From: a virus
Taxonomy: Duplodnaviria; Caudoviricetes
Direction: 5' to 3' (one strand)
DNA: 38,814 nt
Virus record (IMG/VR): IMGVR_UViG_3300019996_000012
Coordinates: 1 to 38,814 of that record
Under the pieces are notes generated by a model. That model saw only the letters and a list, made by a program, of their open reading frames with translations. It made no database searches and was not told where the DNA came from. The first letter of the stretch is position 1; each line of letters begins with the position of its first letter. The position numbers and the translations under genes are program-made. Positions 7,531 to 16,948 of the stretch are shown piece by piece.

Positions 7531-7929
7531 ATGAGTTTAATAGTACCTTATCAGACCAGCGGCCAAGAACTTGGAGAAACGCGTCAAGCGATGACAAAGC
7601 GTTTGATGAAAGATGTCGAAGAGATGGTGAATAAATATAAGCTCAAGAGTGAAAAATACTACATTCTTGTTCATGCGAAGCCATTTCCTCATAGTCCGAA
7701 TCTCATCAAGATCAAGATGATACCTATGAACGTGAAGCCGAGTATGATGCTTTCGTGCTTGCTTTTTGGGGTTGACAATCAAAGGGGTGTCCTCACGTTA
7801 GAGTGGTCGCTTCCGGGTGATTGGCCCACTTGGTCAGTAGGGGGTACTAGTGAACCGCTTCCAGAGGTTATAGCTTCTGTGAATCAATCAGGCGTGAAAT
7901 ATCATTACGATGAGCTATTGCCAAGCTAG
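7531..7929 (+). CDS. Hypothetical protein
   Basis: 132-aa ORF abutting the previous stop. Confidence 0.75.
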   Translation: MSLIVPYQTSGQELGETRQAMTKRLMKDVEEMVNKYKLKSEKYYILVHAKPFPHSPNLIKIKMIPMNVKPSMMLSCLLFGVDNQRGVLTLEWSLPGDWPTWSVGGTSEPLPEVIASVNQSGVKYHYDELLPS

Positions 7930-7961
7930 AATATTTAGCAAAAGTCGCTTAAAAAACGAAC

Positions 7962-8215
7962 TATTGCTCCGCGGTTCAGGACCGGGCTAGCTTGGGTTTT
8001 TCCCCTCACTGTTCGATAAACATGGGTTTACCTTATTTCACATGGTTTGGTTTTCCAGTGGGGGGACTTTTAAATTTAGTTGCAATAAGCAACACAGTGT
8101 CGCCGACTATCGGGCGTAAAATAAACCTCCCGTATTCCAGAGTGTTTACGGATGTGTGGGGCTTCGGCCCCGCATAATTATGGGCGTACTGCATTGTCGC
8201 CAAATGCAAAAGGAA
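7962..8215 (+). ncRNA. Structured RNA leader upstream of the scaffolding gene
   Basis: GC-rich intergenic tract with stems 8001-8011/8056-8066, 8079-8093, 8130-8151, a cUUCGg hairpin at 8155-8172, two hairpins with GUCGCC loops (8096-8108, 8190-8208) and two GGGCGUA elements (8112, 8182). Confidence 0.6.
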
Positions 8216-8218
8216 ATA

Positions 8219-8944
8219 ATGACACAAGAAATAATACAAGAGGAAGTCAAAGCTCATGAAGAGCCAAGCAACCAACCGCAAGGTGAAGCACAGCAAGCCG
8301 AAGAAGCAGCTCAAGAAACTAGAAAAGAGCCTTCCAAAAGCAACGCTGAAATCAATTGGGAACAAACTCGTCAACTTCTTCAAATGCAAAAGCAAAAGAT
8401 TGAAGATTTGGAAAGTCGTCTTGTTGAAAGGGAAAAGCCTTCACAAGTTGATGAGAAAGATGAGTTTTCAGAATTAGACCCTGACGACTACTTAACGGTA
8501 GGGAAAGCGAGAAAATTAGCTGAAAAACTTGCCGAAAAAAAAGCAACAGAAGCAGCTAAAAAGATCGTTCAGGAGTATTCTCAGCAGCAAACTGTTCAAA
8601 ATGATGAACACAGAATGCGTTCCAAACACGATGATTATGACTTTGTGGTTGAAAACTTTGCGATTCCTCTTATCAAAAACGACCCCGCTTTAGCATATCA
8701 GATTCAACATTCCAAAAATCCTGCGGAAACTGCATATAAACTAGGAAAACTCTCAGATTCATATGAGGAGTCAACAATGAAACAACAGACGAGTCCTAAA
8801 GCCGAAAAGGTACTTAAGAATGCCTCTAGGCCTGTTAGCGCAAATGCTGTTGGGTCTTCTCTAAAAAATCAATCAGAAAATTTTGCTAAAATGTCTCCGC
8901 AAGAAATATGGGCAGAGTCTCAGAAGTATGCTAGGAGGGCTTAA
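8219..8944 (+). CDS. Probable capsid scaffolding protein
   Basis: Acidic coiled-coil protein immediately before the major capsid gene; AAGGA RBS before ATG 8219. Confidence 0.75.
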   Translation: MTQEIIQEEVKAHEEPSNQPQGEAQQAEEAAQETRKEPSKSNAEINWEQTRQLLQMQKQKIEDLESRLVEREKPSQVDEKDEFSELDPDDYLTVGKARKLAEKLAEKKATEAAKKIVQEYSQQQTVQNDEHRMRSKHDDYDFVVENFAIPLIKNDPALAYQIQHSKNPAETAYKLGKLSDSYEESTMKQQTSPKAEKVLKNASRPVSANAVGSSLKNQSENFAKMSPQEIWAESQKYARRA

Positions 8945-8956
8945 TGAGGACTTTTA

Positions 8957-8994
8957 ATGACAATTACAACAATGAATCAGCTACCACCGCCGGT
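8957..8994 (+). CDS. Major capsid protein exon 1 (MTITTMNQLPPP-GT)
   Basis: GAGGA RBS, ATG 8957. Unspliced it hits TAG at 8999; spliced to 9714 it gives MTITTMNQLPPPVQQWFDNVLLSRP. Confidence 0.88.
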
Positions 8995-9713
8995 AAAATA
9001 GAGTGTGCCGGCGTTAAATTGGAGGTAATTACTTGGAAAGTCTAAGCATAATATGATACCATTGTTGTACCTAATTAGGTAAAGCAAAGGAAAATATTAT
9101 GTATGATAACCAGAAGGAAGCACTTTGTGCGTATGCGTATATAGCCGGTATTATTGATGGAGAAGGTTCAATTATGATCACAAAATCAGTTTGTGGTTAT
9201 AAAAGAAAAACGCCCAGTTACACACCAAGAATTAAGGTGGGTAAGACTGAAAGACAATGTTTAGATTTCATTGTCAAGCATACTGGAATAGGTACTATTA
9301 CGTGCGAAGGTGTACGAAAATCACACAGAGATGGTTGTAATAGAAAAGGATTTTTTGTGTGGCAGGTTCATTCTTTAATAAACTGCCCAAAGTTCTTAAA
9401 ACTTATTATGCCATTTTTGGTCTTAAAAAGACCACAAGCGAAACTTTTACTGTCGTATTGCAAAGGCTTTAATAAGCAAAAGAAATGCATGGATGGGGTT
9501 CCTGTGATCGTACGAGCTTTTCGTGAGGAGACGTATCACAAAATGCGTAAGCTCAATGGAAAGAAGGCACCTGCAACGACTAAACCCTCTAACATCCGAG
9601 AGGATGAAGTGATAGTCTAAACTTATGGGAAACCATAAGAGAAAAACTCGAAGCGGTTTTTCCGCCTAGCAATAGGTTAGTAGGTCAGTGAATCGACCGA
9701 AAGTAATAGTAAG
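8995..9713 (+). mobile_element. Group I self-splicing intron (719 nt) in the major capsid gene, encoding a homing endonuclease
   Basis: The exon ends in U8994, paired to G9007 in P1 (CGCCGGU/GCCGGCG). P3 UUGGAGG 9019-25/CCUCUAA 9586-92. P7 GACUA 9578-82/UAGUC 9613-17. P8 CAUCC-GAGA-GGAUG. P9 CUUAUGG-GAAA-CCAUAAG. Terminal G9713. P10 UGU 9004-06/ACA 9714-16. Confidence 0.92.
9099..9620 (+). CDS. Intron-encoded single-motif LAGLIDADG homing endonuclease
   Basis: 'AYIAGIIDGEGSIMI' motif and 'FL..IMPFLVLKRPQA.L' C-terminal helix. The 3' end runs through the intron core elements P7/P3/P8. Confidence 0.93.
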   Translation: MYDNQKEALCAYAYIAGIIDGEGSIMITKSVCGYKRKTPSYTPRIKVGKTERQCLDFIVKHTGIGTITCEGVRKSHRDGCNRKGFFVWQVHSLINCPKFLKLIMPFLVLKRPQAKLLLSYCKGFNKQKKCMDGVPVIVRAFREETYHKMRKLNGKKAPATTKPSNIREDEVIV

Positions 9714-10626
9714 ACAACAATGGTTCGACAATGTGTTATTAAGTAGGCCAATGCCGAAATTAATACATAAACAAATGGCGATGAAGAAAGAACTTCCTGA
9801 GAATTCAGGGAGAATAGCTAGATACCGTAGGTATACAAACTTACAAACAGCAACGGTGCCATTACCAGATTCAGGGCTCACACCCCCAGGTCAGGTACTT
9901 AATGCCATCGACATTGATGCTAGACTGGATTTTTATGGTACTTATGTGACTATAACTGACCAAGTAGCATTCTTGAATCAAGACCCAGTCTTGAATCAAA
10001 CAGTATCTCTCTTAGCTCAGTCTATGAGAGAAACTGAAGACGAATTGATTAGAAATATGCTCCAATCCACAGCTGCAGTTATTAACTGCGTTGGTGGTAC
10101 GAACGGAGATAACCCAACGGAATTGAGCCGTACCGATATTGACACTACGATCCAAGCTTTGCTCGGTAACGACGCAATGATGATTTCTGACAATATCGAA
10201 GGTTCTCTGAAATTTGGTACAGCACCAGTCAGAGAGGCTTTCTGGGGTATGATGAAGACTGATATTATTGATGATTTGGAAGCTGTAACAGGCTTTATTT
10301 CACAAGCTCAGTATCCATCAAATATGAATGTGTTAAATGCGGAATGGGGTTCTGTTTCGAATATCAGGTTCTTGTATAGCTCTAAAGGCTCACAGACCTT
10401 GAATAGTTCGTTAAATGGTAACACTGTTTACAACACATTCGTTACTGGTCAAGAAGCTTATGCGATTGTTGAGCTTACACAAGCTACAGCATCGTTTATT
10501 TATACACCACCAGGTGGACCTACCGATCCACTTCGCAGGTTGCAATTAGGTGCATGGAAGATGGCGCAAGTGCCTCGTATCTTGAATGACGCGTGGATAT
10601 TTAATCTTCGCTCAACACACTCATAG
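9714..10626 (+). CDS. Major capsid protein exon 2 (N4-gp56 family, HK97 fold); spliced product 316 aa
   Basis: 'K.LP.NSG.....RRY..L.....PL..G.TP.G','YGTYVTITD','AEWGSV.NIRF','TDPL.....GAWK' motifs. Confidence 0.92.
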
Positions 10627-10636
10627 GAGGTAATAC

Positions 10637-11713
10637 ATGCCTACATCCGAACATAATATGCTTCAGGGAACATTTACTGTTCCTAGCACTTTTGATGCAA
10701 CGCATCCTTTTTCAGTTAACGTTAATACTGGGTTTTTGCCTACAAAAATCACAATGATTAACGAAACCCAATGGGGTCAAACTGGTACAGGTAATGAAAA
10801 CATCCAAGACTTAAGATGGGATTATACAAATCCTACTTTGACTAATGGTACATTCATTAACGCTGCTGGAACTGCATTAGTGCCTTTCCAGATTAATGCT
10901 TCGACAACCAATCCAAACGGTATTACAACTTATGATGGTACACAAAGTATCAAACTAGGTCCTGCGATTACCGGTACAACAATTGTAAAAGCAACAAACA
11001 CTTTTACAACTTCTACCGCGCATGGATTCCAAATCGGAGATACTGTTCAAATTACTAACAATGCTGTTATGAAGCAAATTGGTGGTATGTGGTTTACAAT
11101 TGCCACAGTGCCGACAACAACAAGTTTTACTGTTGTTGCAAACTTCATCAACACAGCGAACTTTACTCAGGAAACATCTTTCGTAGTTAGAAAAGTTGTT
11201 GTGGGCCCTCTTTACTATCCAGAAAGAATTTGGATTACAGGGATTACACAAGCTAGCCCAATGGTAGTGACAACTTCCCCTAACCATAGATTGACTGTTG
11301 GCCAAAAAGTTAGATTGCGCGTTCCATCAACTTTTGGAATGGTTCAAGCTAACAATCTTGAAGCTGTTATTACTGCTGTTACTGCTTCTACCTTCACATT
11401 AGGTTCAGTGGCTAACACGAATAACACTGGCGTTGATTCTACAGCATTTACAGCATTTGCGTGGCCTGCTGCAACAGCAGTTCCATTCTCATTTGCTTAT
11501 GTTGTACCAATCGGTGCTGGCCCAAGCCCTTCTCCAGTTACATATGTAAATAGTAACACTTACAATGCTGATCTTCTTGATGATGCTACAACTAACGAAC
11601 AATTCCAAGGTTTCTCAGTAGGAACAGGAGTTTTCATTGTTGCAGCCGCAGGAGCTATCGGCGTGACAGCAGGAGACGTGTTCTCTTGGACTGCTTGGAG
11701 AGCTGACGTATAG
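10637..11713 (+). CDS. Virion structural (probable capsid decoration) protein with two E1-FCCH-like beta domains
   Basis: Thr-rich; 'TTSTAHGFQIGDTVQI....MKQI' and 'ITGITQASPMVVTT..NHRLTVGQKVRL.....GMVQAN'; AGGAGG RBS right after the capsid gene. Confidence 0.7.
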   Translation: MPTSEHNMLQGTFTVPSTFDATHPFSVNVNTGFLPTKITMINETQWGQTGTGNENIQDLRWDYTNPTLTNGTFINAAGTALVPFQINASTTNPNGITTYDGTQSIKLGPAITGTTIVKATNTFTTSTAHGFQIGDTVQITNNAVMKQIGGMWFTIATVPTTTSFTVVANFINTANFTQETSFVVRKVVVGPLYYPERIWITGITQASPMVVTTSPNHRLTVGQKVRLRVPSTFGMVQANNLEAVITAVTASTFTLGSVANTNNTGVDSTAFTAFAWPAATAVPFSFAYVVPIGAGPSPSPVTYVNSNTYNADLLDDATTNEQFQGFSVGTGVFIVAAAGAIGVTAGDVFSWTAWRADV

Positions 11714-11718
11714 AAAAT

Positions 11719-11742
11719 TTCGGAGGGTTTTGGCCCTCCGAA
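11719..11742 (+). terminator. GC-rich hairpin after the capsid/decoration genes (terminator or processing site)
   Basis: TTCGGAGGG-ttttgg-CCCTCCGAA; lacks a strong U-tract. Confidence 0.5.
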
Positions 11743-11758
11743 TTAATAAGAGAATGAC

Positions 11759-12163
11759 ATGACATTTGTTCCAACAAGGTATCTGATCAGCAATATCACA
11801 AAGGCAAATCCAGCAGTAGTGACGACGACACCGAATATTTATACCACGGGACAGATTGTCAGACTTAATATTCCTAAAGCATATGGAATGCAGGAATTGA
11901 ATAACAAATTAGCAAGTATAACGGTTTTGAATAATACGACTTTCAGCCTTCAATCATCACAGGTGCCACCATCTGTAAACATTGATTCCACGTATTTTCA
12001 GGCTTTTGTAAATGCTGGCACAGGGACTCCAGCAGCTGCTGTAGCTGTCGGTTCTGGTCCTACGCCATCCTTATCGCCAGATGATCTTGCGATGAGAAAT
12101 GAATGCACATCAAAAATAGAAGATGCTACGACGAATGTAGCAATAACAAACCAACCCTTTTGA
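11759..12163 (+). CDS. Small structural protein with one FCCH-like domain
   Basis: 'ISNITKANPAVVTT....YTTGQIVRL.IP..YGMQELN'; paralogous to the C-terminal half of the preceding gene. Confidence 0.7.
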   Translation: MTFVPTRYLISNITKANPAVVTTTPNIYTTGQIVRLNIPKAYGMQELNNKLASITVLNNTTFSLQSSQVPPSVNIDSTYFQAFVNAGTGTPAAAVAVGSGPTPSLSPDDLAMRNECTSKIEDATTNVAITNQPF

Positions 12164-12170
12164 GGTATAA

Positions 12171-12539
12171 ATGACCAAAGTATTAGAGCAAGTTCAAAGA
12201 ACGCCATTGTTAATAAGAAGAAAAAGTAAAATCCCTGTGAATACAGATTCCATCGAAGCTATGACGCGAGAAACTGATAAGCCTGTTATGGGGATATTTG
12301 TCAATATTGAATGTCCAGGACAGCCTGCAAAAGTTTGTGGAAGATACTATAAGCACATGGAATATTTCGATAAAACTTTTCATGATGGTGAGAAATGCAC
12401 CATCCCTCTTTCGGTTGCTCGTTTCATCAATGAAAGATGTCAGTATGAAAAACATAGTCATTTGACTGATGATAGAGGCAATCCGCTTAAAAGTGAAATT
12501 AAACTTCCTCGCTATAAATTTATGATAGAGGCGGCATAA
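12171..12539 (+). CDS. Hypothetical protein in the head-tail region
   Basis: 122 aa, GAGGT RBS. Confidence 0.75.
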   Translation: MTKVLEQVQRTPLLIRRKSKIPVNTDSIEAMTRETDKPVMGIFVNIECPGQPAKVCGRYYKHMEYFDKTFHDGEKCTIPLSVARFINERCQYEKHSHLTDDRGNPLKSEIKLPRYKFMIEAA

Positions 12540-12541
12540 CC

Positions 12542-13693
12542 TTGACAACGTGGGATCTTAATCGTCTTAGATATACTATCCGTAAGATCACTGGTAAATA
12601 TGATATTACTCAGTTGCCAGATACTTCTGTCGGCGAAAATAATATGTCCAATCCTTCTGCGATTGATGATTATATTAACGATTTCTATTTACACGATTTC
12701 CCCGAGCATATGAGATCTCTTAGATTGAGGGATTTTTATACGTTTACCACCATTCCAAATTGTGGAACGTATAATGTCCCTCAAAATGTTATTCAAATTT
12801 ATGATCCTATCTACATCGATAACTATGAATTTTGTTGGTATCAAGACCCAAAACCCTTCTTTCGGGTTTGGCCGGAATTAAATTTCATTGATCAGAATTT
12901 ATTCACTCCTGATGGCGTGACAACAGTTTTTCAATTTACTTTGACTCAGACACCGGTCCAGCAAGGTTCTGTTGTTATTGGTTTACAACCAAACATCGAT
13001 GGACAAAGTGCTGGCGCCTTGGAAACTTTTACAGATCAAGACAATGGTGTGCCTTTAGATATTCCTAAACAGCAATATTTTGTTAACCCAGGAATATTGA
13101 CTGGAAATCAAGGGGGAACTGGAACTATTGATTATTTAACTGGTGCGGTTACTTTAAATTACGCTAATGCGCCACCTGCTGGAGCCAATAGTAGTTGCCA
13201 TTATCATCCTTATGTTGCAAGCCGACCACGTGACACTATGTTCTGGCAACAACAATTATTCTTAAGGCCGATTCCAAACGATACTTATTTGGTCAAATGT
13301 ATGGCCTACATGTTGCCAACAACTGTTATTTCAGCAGCAACTAATGCAACAGTAAGACCTTCGTTGTTTGTTGATCCTTCAACCACTCCAATTTCTACAC
13401 CAACTTCTTCAACTGTGACTATGCAAGGATTTACAGGTCAAAGCGGAAGCTTACCTACCGACCTTCCACAATTTAATGAATGGTGGCAAGTGATTGCTTA
13501 TGGTGCTGCGCTTAAGATCTTCATTGAAGATGGTGAACATGAAGAATATGCGAGATATAAGCCTTATTTCGATGAGCAACTTTTGCTTGCACAACGCAAG
13601 GCATTAAAACAGTTTTCTAGTCAGCGTATTCCAACTGCGTATGCCGACAACAATACAACTACACCCGCGTACCCAATTTTCCCATACTATTAA
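12542..13693 (+). CDS. Probable head-to-tail adaptor (tail tubular A-like) with inserted beta domain
   Basis: Helical N-terminus 'LR.TIRKIT...IDDYINDFY', 'LFLRPIPN..Y.V', 'WWQVIAYGAA'; position in the podovirus gene order. Confidence 0.6.
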   Translation: MTTWDLNRLRYTIRKITGKYDITQLPDTSVGENNMSNPSAIDDYINDFYLHDFPEHMRSLRLRDFYTFTTIPNCGTYNVPQNVIQIYDPIYIDNYEFCWYQDPKPFFRVWPELNFIDQNLFTPDGVTTVFQFTLTQTPVQQGSVVIGLQPNIDGQSAGALETFTDQDNGVPLDIPKQQYFVNPGILTGNQGGTGTIDYLTGAVTLNYANAPPAGANSSCHYHPYVASRPRDTMFWQQQLFLRPIPNDTYLVKCMAYMLPTTVISAATNATVRPSLFVDPSTTPISTPTSSTVTMQGFTGQSGSLPTDLPQFNEWWQVIAYGAALKIFIEDGEHEEYARYKPYFDEQLLLAQRKALKQFSSQRIPTAYADNNTTTPAYPIFPYY

Positions 13694-13702
13694 GGATAAA
13701 TT

Positions 13703-14338
13703 ATGGCAAATACTTATTCAAATACTCCTCTAGGAAATGAAATTTTATCTGTGTCACAACCTCTAATTCAGGCTAATTTTAATTATCTTGTAAATACTCT
13801 TGGAACATCCAATGCAAATAATGGGGATCATCAAATTTCACAAGGTGGAAATGATAATACTCCTTTTGAAGGAAGACATAGACAGGTTTGCTTTTTGGAT
13901 AGAAATGGAAGTCCTTTACCAACAGCTACAGGCTTTGCGGATAGTGTTGATTCTGTTGTGTATTCAAATGCAGAAAATCTTTATCTCAACACTATAACTT
14001 CAGCAGCTGTAGCTTATCAATTAACATCGACGAGTTCAAATGCTGGAGAAAATGCGAAGTTTGGTGCTGCAACGAATGGGTGGATCTTTCTTCCAGGTGG
14101 AATAATCCTTAATTATGGCACTACAACTCTTGGCTTGGCTCCAACCGCTGTTTCATTTTCTAAAAGTTTTTCAAATACCCCAACGATTTGGTATGGAGCT
14201 CCTTTTCACGCTGAATTTTCAAGTACTTCTTTTGTACAAGGAATTGTAATTTCCTCGCTTACTAATACAGGTTTTACTTTTACTACTATATCTACTATAG
14301 CTACAAATGTCCCTTGGATAGCGTTCGGAAAGGCATAA
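13703..14338 (+). CDS. Tail-associated protein with C-terminal gp53-like/H-lectin-like domain
   Basis: 'NGWIFLPGGIILNYG.......VSF...F....WIAFG' C-terminal domain. Confidence 0.6.
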   Translation: MANTYSNTPLGNEILSVSQPLIQANFNYLVNTLGTSNANNGDHQISQGGNDNTPFEGRHRQVCFLDRNGSPLPTATGFADSVDSVVYSNAENLYLNTITSAAVAYQLTSTSSNAGENAKFGAATNGWIFLPGGIILNYGTTTLGLAPTAVSFSKSFSNTPTIWYGAPFHAEFSSTSFVQGIVISSLTNTGFTFTTISTIATNVPWIAFGKA

Positions 14339-14339
14339 A

Positions 14340-16406
14340 ATGGCATATGAACCACGATTAATCACACCCTTTGTTGATAGTGGTTTGAAGAAATATTACA
14401 AGCCATGGTTGATCGGGGATGAAGCTTTTCCCGAAATAACGAATGCCTATTCTCGGCGTGGGGTGGTTAGAAAAAGAGAAGGATATAGATTATTAGCACA
14501 GTTACCTTTAGAAGGTCTTACAAGGCCTCCTGTACAAGGTTTAAAGAACTGGATTAATCCGCTCACATTGGGAGAAAGATTAATTGTATTAAGCTTAAAA
14601 AAAGCTTATCTCTTTGATGATACCACTCAAACATTTAATGATATTACTACTTTATCTGCCGGTTCAACAGTTTTCAGCTTTGGTAGCAGCGCAAATGATT
14701 ATTATTGGTCATCCAATTATGCAAGCTCCATGTGGATTACAAATGGTCTTTCAGTAGTTCCAGCAAATGTTCCAGCTTCAACCAATGGCATTTTGTATTG
14801 GAACGGTACTATAGCTAATGGTTGGAATATTCTTCAGCCTCTTCTTTCAGGCACCAATTATCTTAACGGAGCATTAATTGTTCTTCCCTATAAAGGTTAT
14901 CTTGTTGCTCTTAACACACTTGAAGGACCAAGTAATGGGACAAACAATATCAACTATCAAAGTCGTGCAAGATGGAGCCAAAGAGGTAATCCCTATGTAA
15001 CTCAAACAGGAACTGGTCAAGTAAATACTCCTCCCCCAGCTTTTGCACCTGGCGATGATAAAGCATGGCGTGATGATATTCCTGGTCGAGGAAGTTATAT
15101 TGATGCGGATACTAGCGAAAGAATTGTTTCGGCAGGGATAGTAAAAGATACACTGATAGTTGCTTTTCAAAGATCAACATGGCGTTTAAGATATACTGGA
15201 AACAGGATTCAACCATTTATTTGGGAAAGATTAAATACACAATATGGCGCAGAATCAACGCATAGCGCGATTGTTTTCGATGAAGCTGTTTTATTTTTTA
15301 GTCGTTTTGGTTGGATTGCGGCAACAACTAATGATGTCACACGAATTGACCAAGAAATACCAGATGATTCTTTTTCGATTGAAGGAACTAATACATCTCT
15401 ATCAGGATTAAATAAAGTTCAAGGAATTCGAGATTTTTATAGAAATTTTGTTTTTTGGACCTTTTTGACGATTGGAGAAACAAATGCAAATCAAATTTAT
15501 GGATACAATTATATCGATAAATCTTGGACGATTTTCAATCCTACAACAAGCATAAATACTTTTGGAATGTATAGAAATACGGCAGGAGATAAAGTTTGGT
15601 CTTCATTTAATGCTGCTGATGATAAATGGGAAAATTTTTCAAATAATGATGATGTTTGGTCTTCATTCAGTTCTGGTCAAAACGCTGAGTTTCCGTATAC
15701 AGTCGGTGGTGATCTGAATGGAAATGTCGTTTTAATGTTTGAGTTCTTTGAAGCACCGACGACGGATTATAATGGAACTTCACAAGTTAATTTCAATTTT
15801 GATATCGTTACAAAACGTTTTAATCCTTATATAGATCAAGGACATAAATGTCGTTTAGGATATATCGATCTGTATGTGACTTCTATGGTGGGAAGTCAAA
15901 TTACTGTAAATCATTACGTTGACGATCAAGATACCCCAATCATAACTAAAACAGTAAATTTATTCGAAAGAGGTGTATTCAATATCACAAATGTTTCTGT
16001 GGGAACAACCACAACAATAACTACTTTACAAGATCATGAGTTAAGTGTAGGTGAAGTAGTTACTATTTCCGATATAGTTGGAAATGTTAGAAATGTTTTA
16101 AACAACCAAAGTTTTATTGTTGGAACAATTCCAACAGATAAAACTTTTACAATCAAAGCGTTTAATGGCACTGACATTAATACCACAGGTCTAATTTATA
16201 CTCTGGGTGGTTTTGTGTATAATCAAGATCTTCCACAGGGTGATGCAACGTATACTAGAGTTTTTCTTGGAGCTATTGGAAGAATGCATCAATTAGAATT
16301 TACTTTGTCTCCGGAACAACTTGCAGATCCCGTATCAGGAGCCGCTCAATTTGAATTGCAAGGTATTGTGTTGTGGACAAGAGAAACAGGAAGGATAAGA
16401 GGTTAA
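14340..16406 (+). CDS. Probable tail nozzle/stabilisation protein (P22 gp10 / T7 gp12-like) with FCCH-like insertion
   Basis: 688 aa, beta-rich; 'R.G.V.KR.G' N-terminus; 'RARWS...P'; position before the ejection genes. Confidence 0.65.
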   Translation: MAYEPRLITPFVDSGLKKYYKPWLIGDEAFPEITNAYSRRGVVRKREGYRLLAQLPLEGLTRPPVQGLKNWINPLTLGERLIVLSLKKAYLFDDTTQTFNDITTLSAGSTVFSFGSSANDYYWSSNYASSMWITNGLSVVPANVPASTNGILYWNGTIANGWNILQPLLSGTNYLNGALIVLPYKGYLVALNTLEGPSNGTNNINYQSRARWSQRGNPYVTQTGTGQVNTPPPAFAPGDDKAWRDDIPGRGSYIDADTSERIVSAGIVKDTLIVAFQRSTWRLRYTGNRIQPFIWERLNTQYGAESTHSAIVFDEAVLFFSRFGWIAATTNDVTRIDQEIPDDSFSIEGTNTSLSGLNKVQGIRDFYRNFVFWTFLTIGETNANQIYGYNYIDKSWTIFNPTTSINTFGMYRNTAGDKVWSSFNAADDKWENFSNNDDVWSSFSSGQNAEFPYTVGGDLNGNVVLMFEFFEAPTTDYNGTSQVNFNFDIVTKRFNPYIDQGHKCRLGYIDLYVTSMVGSQITVNHYVDDQDTPIITKTVNLFERGVFNITNVSVGTTTTITTLQDHELSVGEVVTISDIVGNVRNVLNNQSFIVGTIPTDKTFTIKAFNGTDINTTGLIYTLGGFVYNQDLPQGDATYTRVFLGAIGRMHQLEFTLSPEQLADPVSGAAQFELQGIVLWTRETGRIRG

Positions 16407-16407
16407 T

Positions 16408-16941
16408 ATGTCAACGTATGGACCTCCAGATAGTGTGTTTCCTTATCTTCCTCCGGAGCAAGATTTTCCGGATGAGTCCGAATTATTTCGAGAGATTTTA
16501 AGTGAGCGCGAAAGGTTAACTGCAACTATAATAAACATTAAAGAAAACGCACAATATGAAAAACTAGAGCTATTAAGCGGCCAACAATGGTTTACAAGTC
16601 AAGTTGATAATGCAATTATTTCAAATTATGTGTATAGATTAACTTTTGATCTGGTAGCATTAAATTCGGGTATACCAATTCCAGTAGGCGTAACAATACT
16701 AGACTTAGTTGTTTTAGCGCCTAATGGACAACCGACACCAATTAATATTGCAACAGCAATACAGCCTGTACATGGTTTTGGGGCAGCAAATAACGGAACT
16801 AACTTTTATTTTATTAACGATCCTTTGGTATTTATTAGAACCAATGTTTGGTCAAATGCGAGTCAACAAATTATAATTACAAACAATTCAGGAGCACCTC
16901 TTACTCAAGCAGTATGGGTTTTTGAATACATGAAAACATAG
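16408..16941 (+). CDS. Hypothetical virion protein
   Basis: 177 aa, in the operon. Confidence 0.65.
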   Translation: MSTYGPPDSVFPYLPPEQDFPDESELFREILSERERLTATIINIKENAQYEKLELLSGQQWFTSQVDNAIISNYVYRLTFDLVALNSGIPIPVGVTILDLVVLAPNGQPTPINIATAIQPVHGFGAANNGTNFYFINDPLVFIRTNVWSNASQQIIITNNSGAPLTQAVWVFEYMKT

Positions 16942-16948
16942 GTGATTT

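Noticed and set aside
7960-8070. Possible tRNA (GGTTCA / GTTCGA motifs)
   Set aside because: No cloverleaf with a proper acceptor stem, D arm and anticodon arm could be built.
8156-8218. N-terminal extension of the scaffold ORF, and ORFs 7992-8177 / 8033-8395
   Set aside because: They overlap the hairpin-rich leader; the SD sits before ATG 8219.
9688-9713. GTG start of the capsid ORF given in the ORF track (MNRPKVIVR)
   Set aside because: It lies inside the intron's 3' P9 region, has no convincing SD, and the spliced N-terminus from 8957 fits far better.
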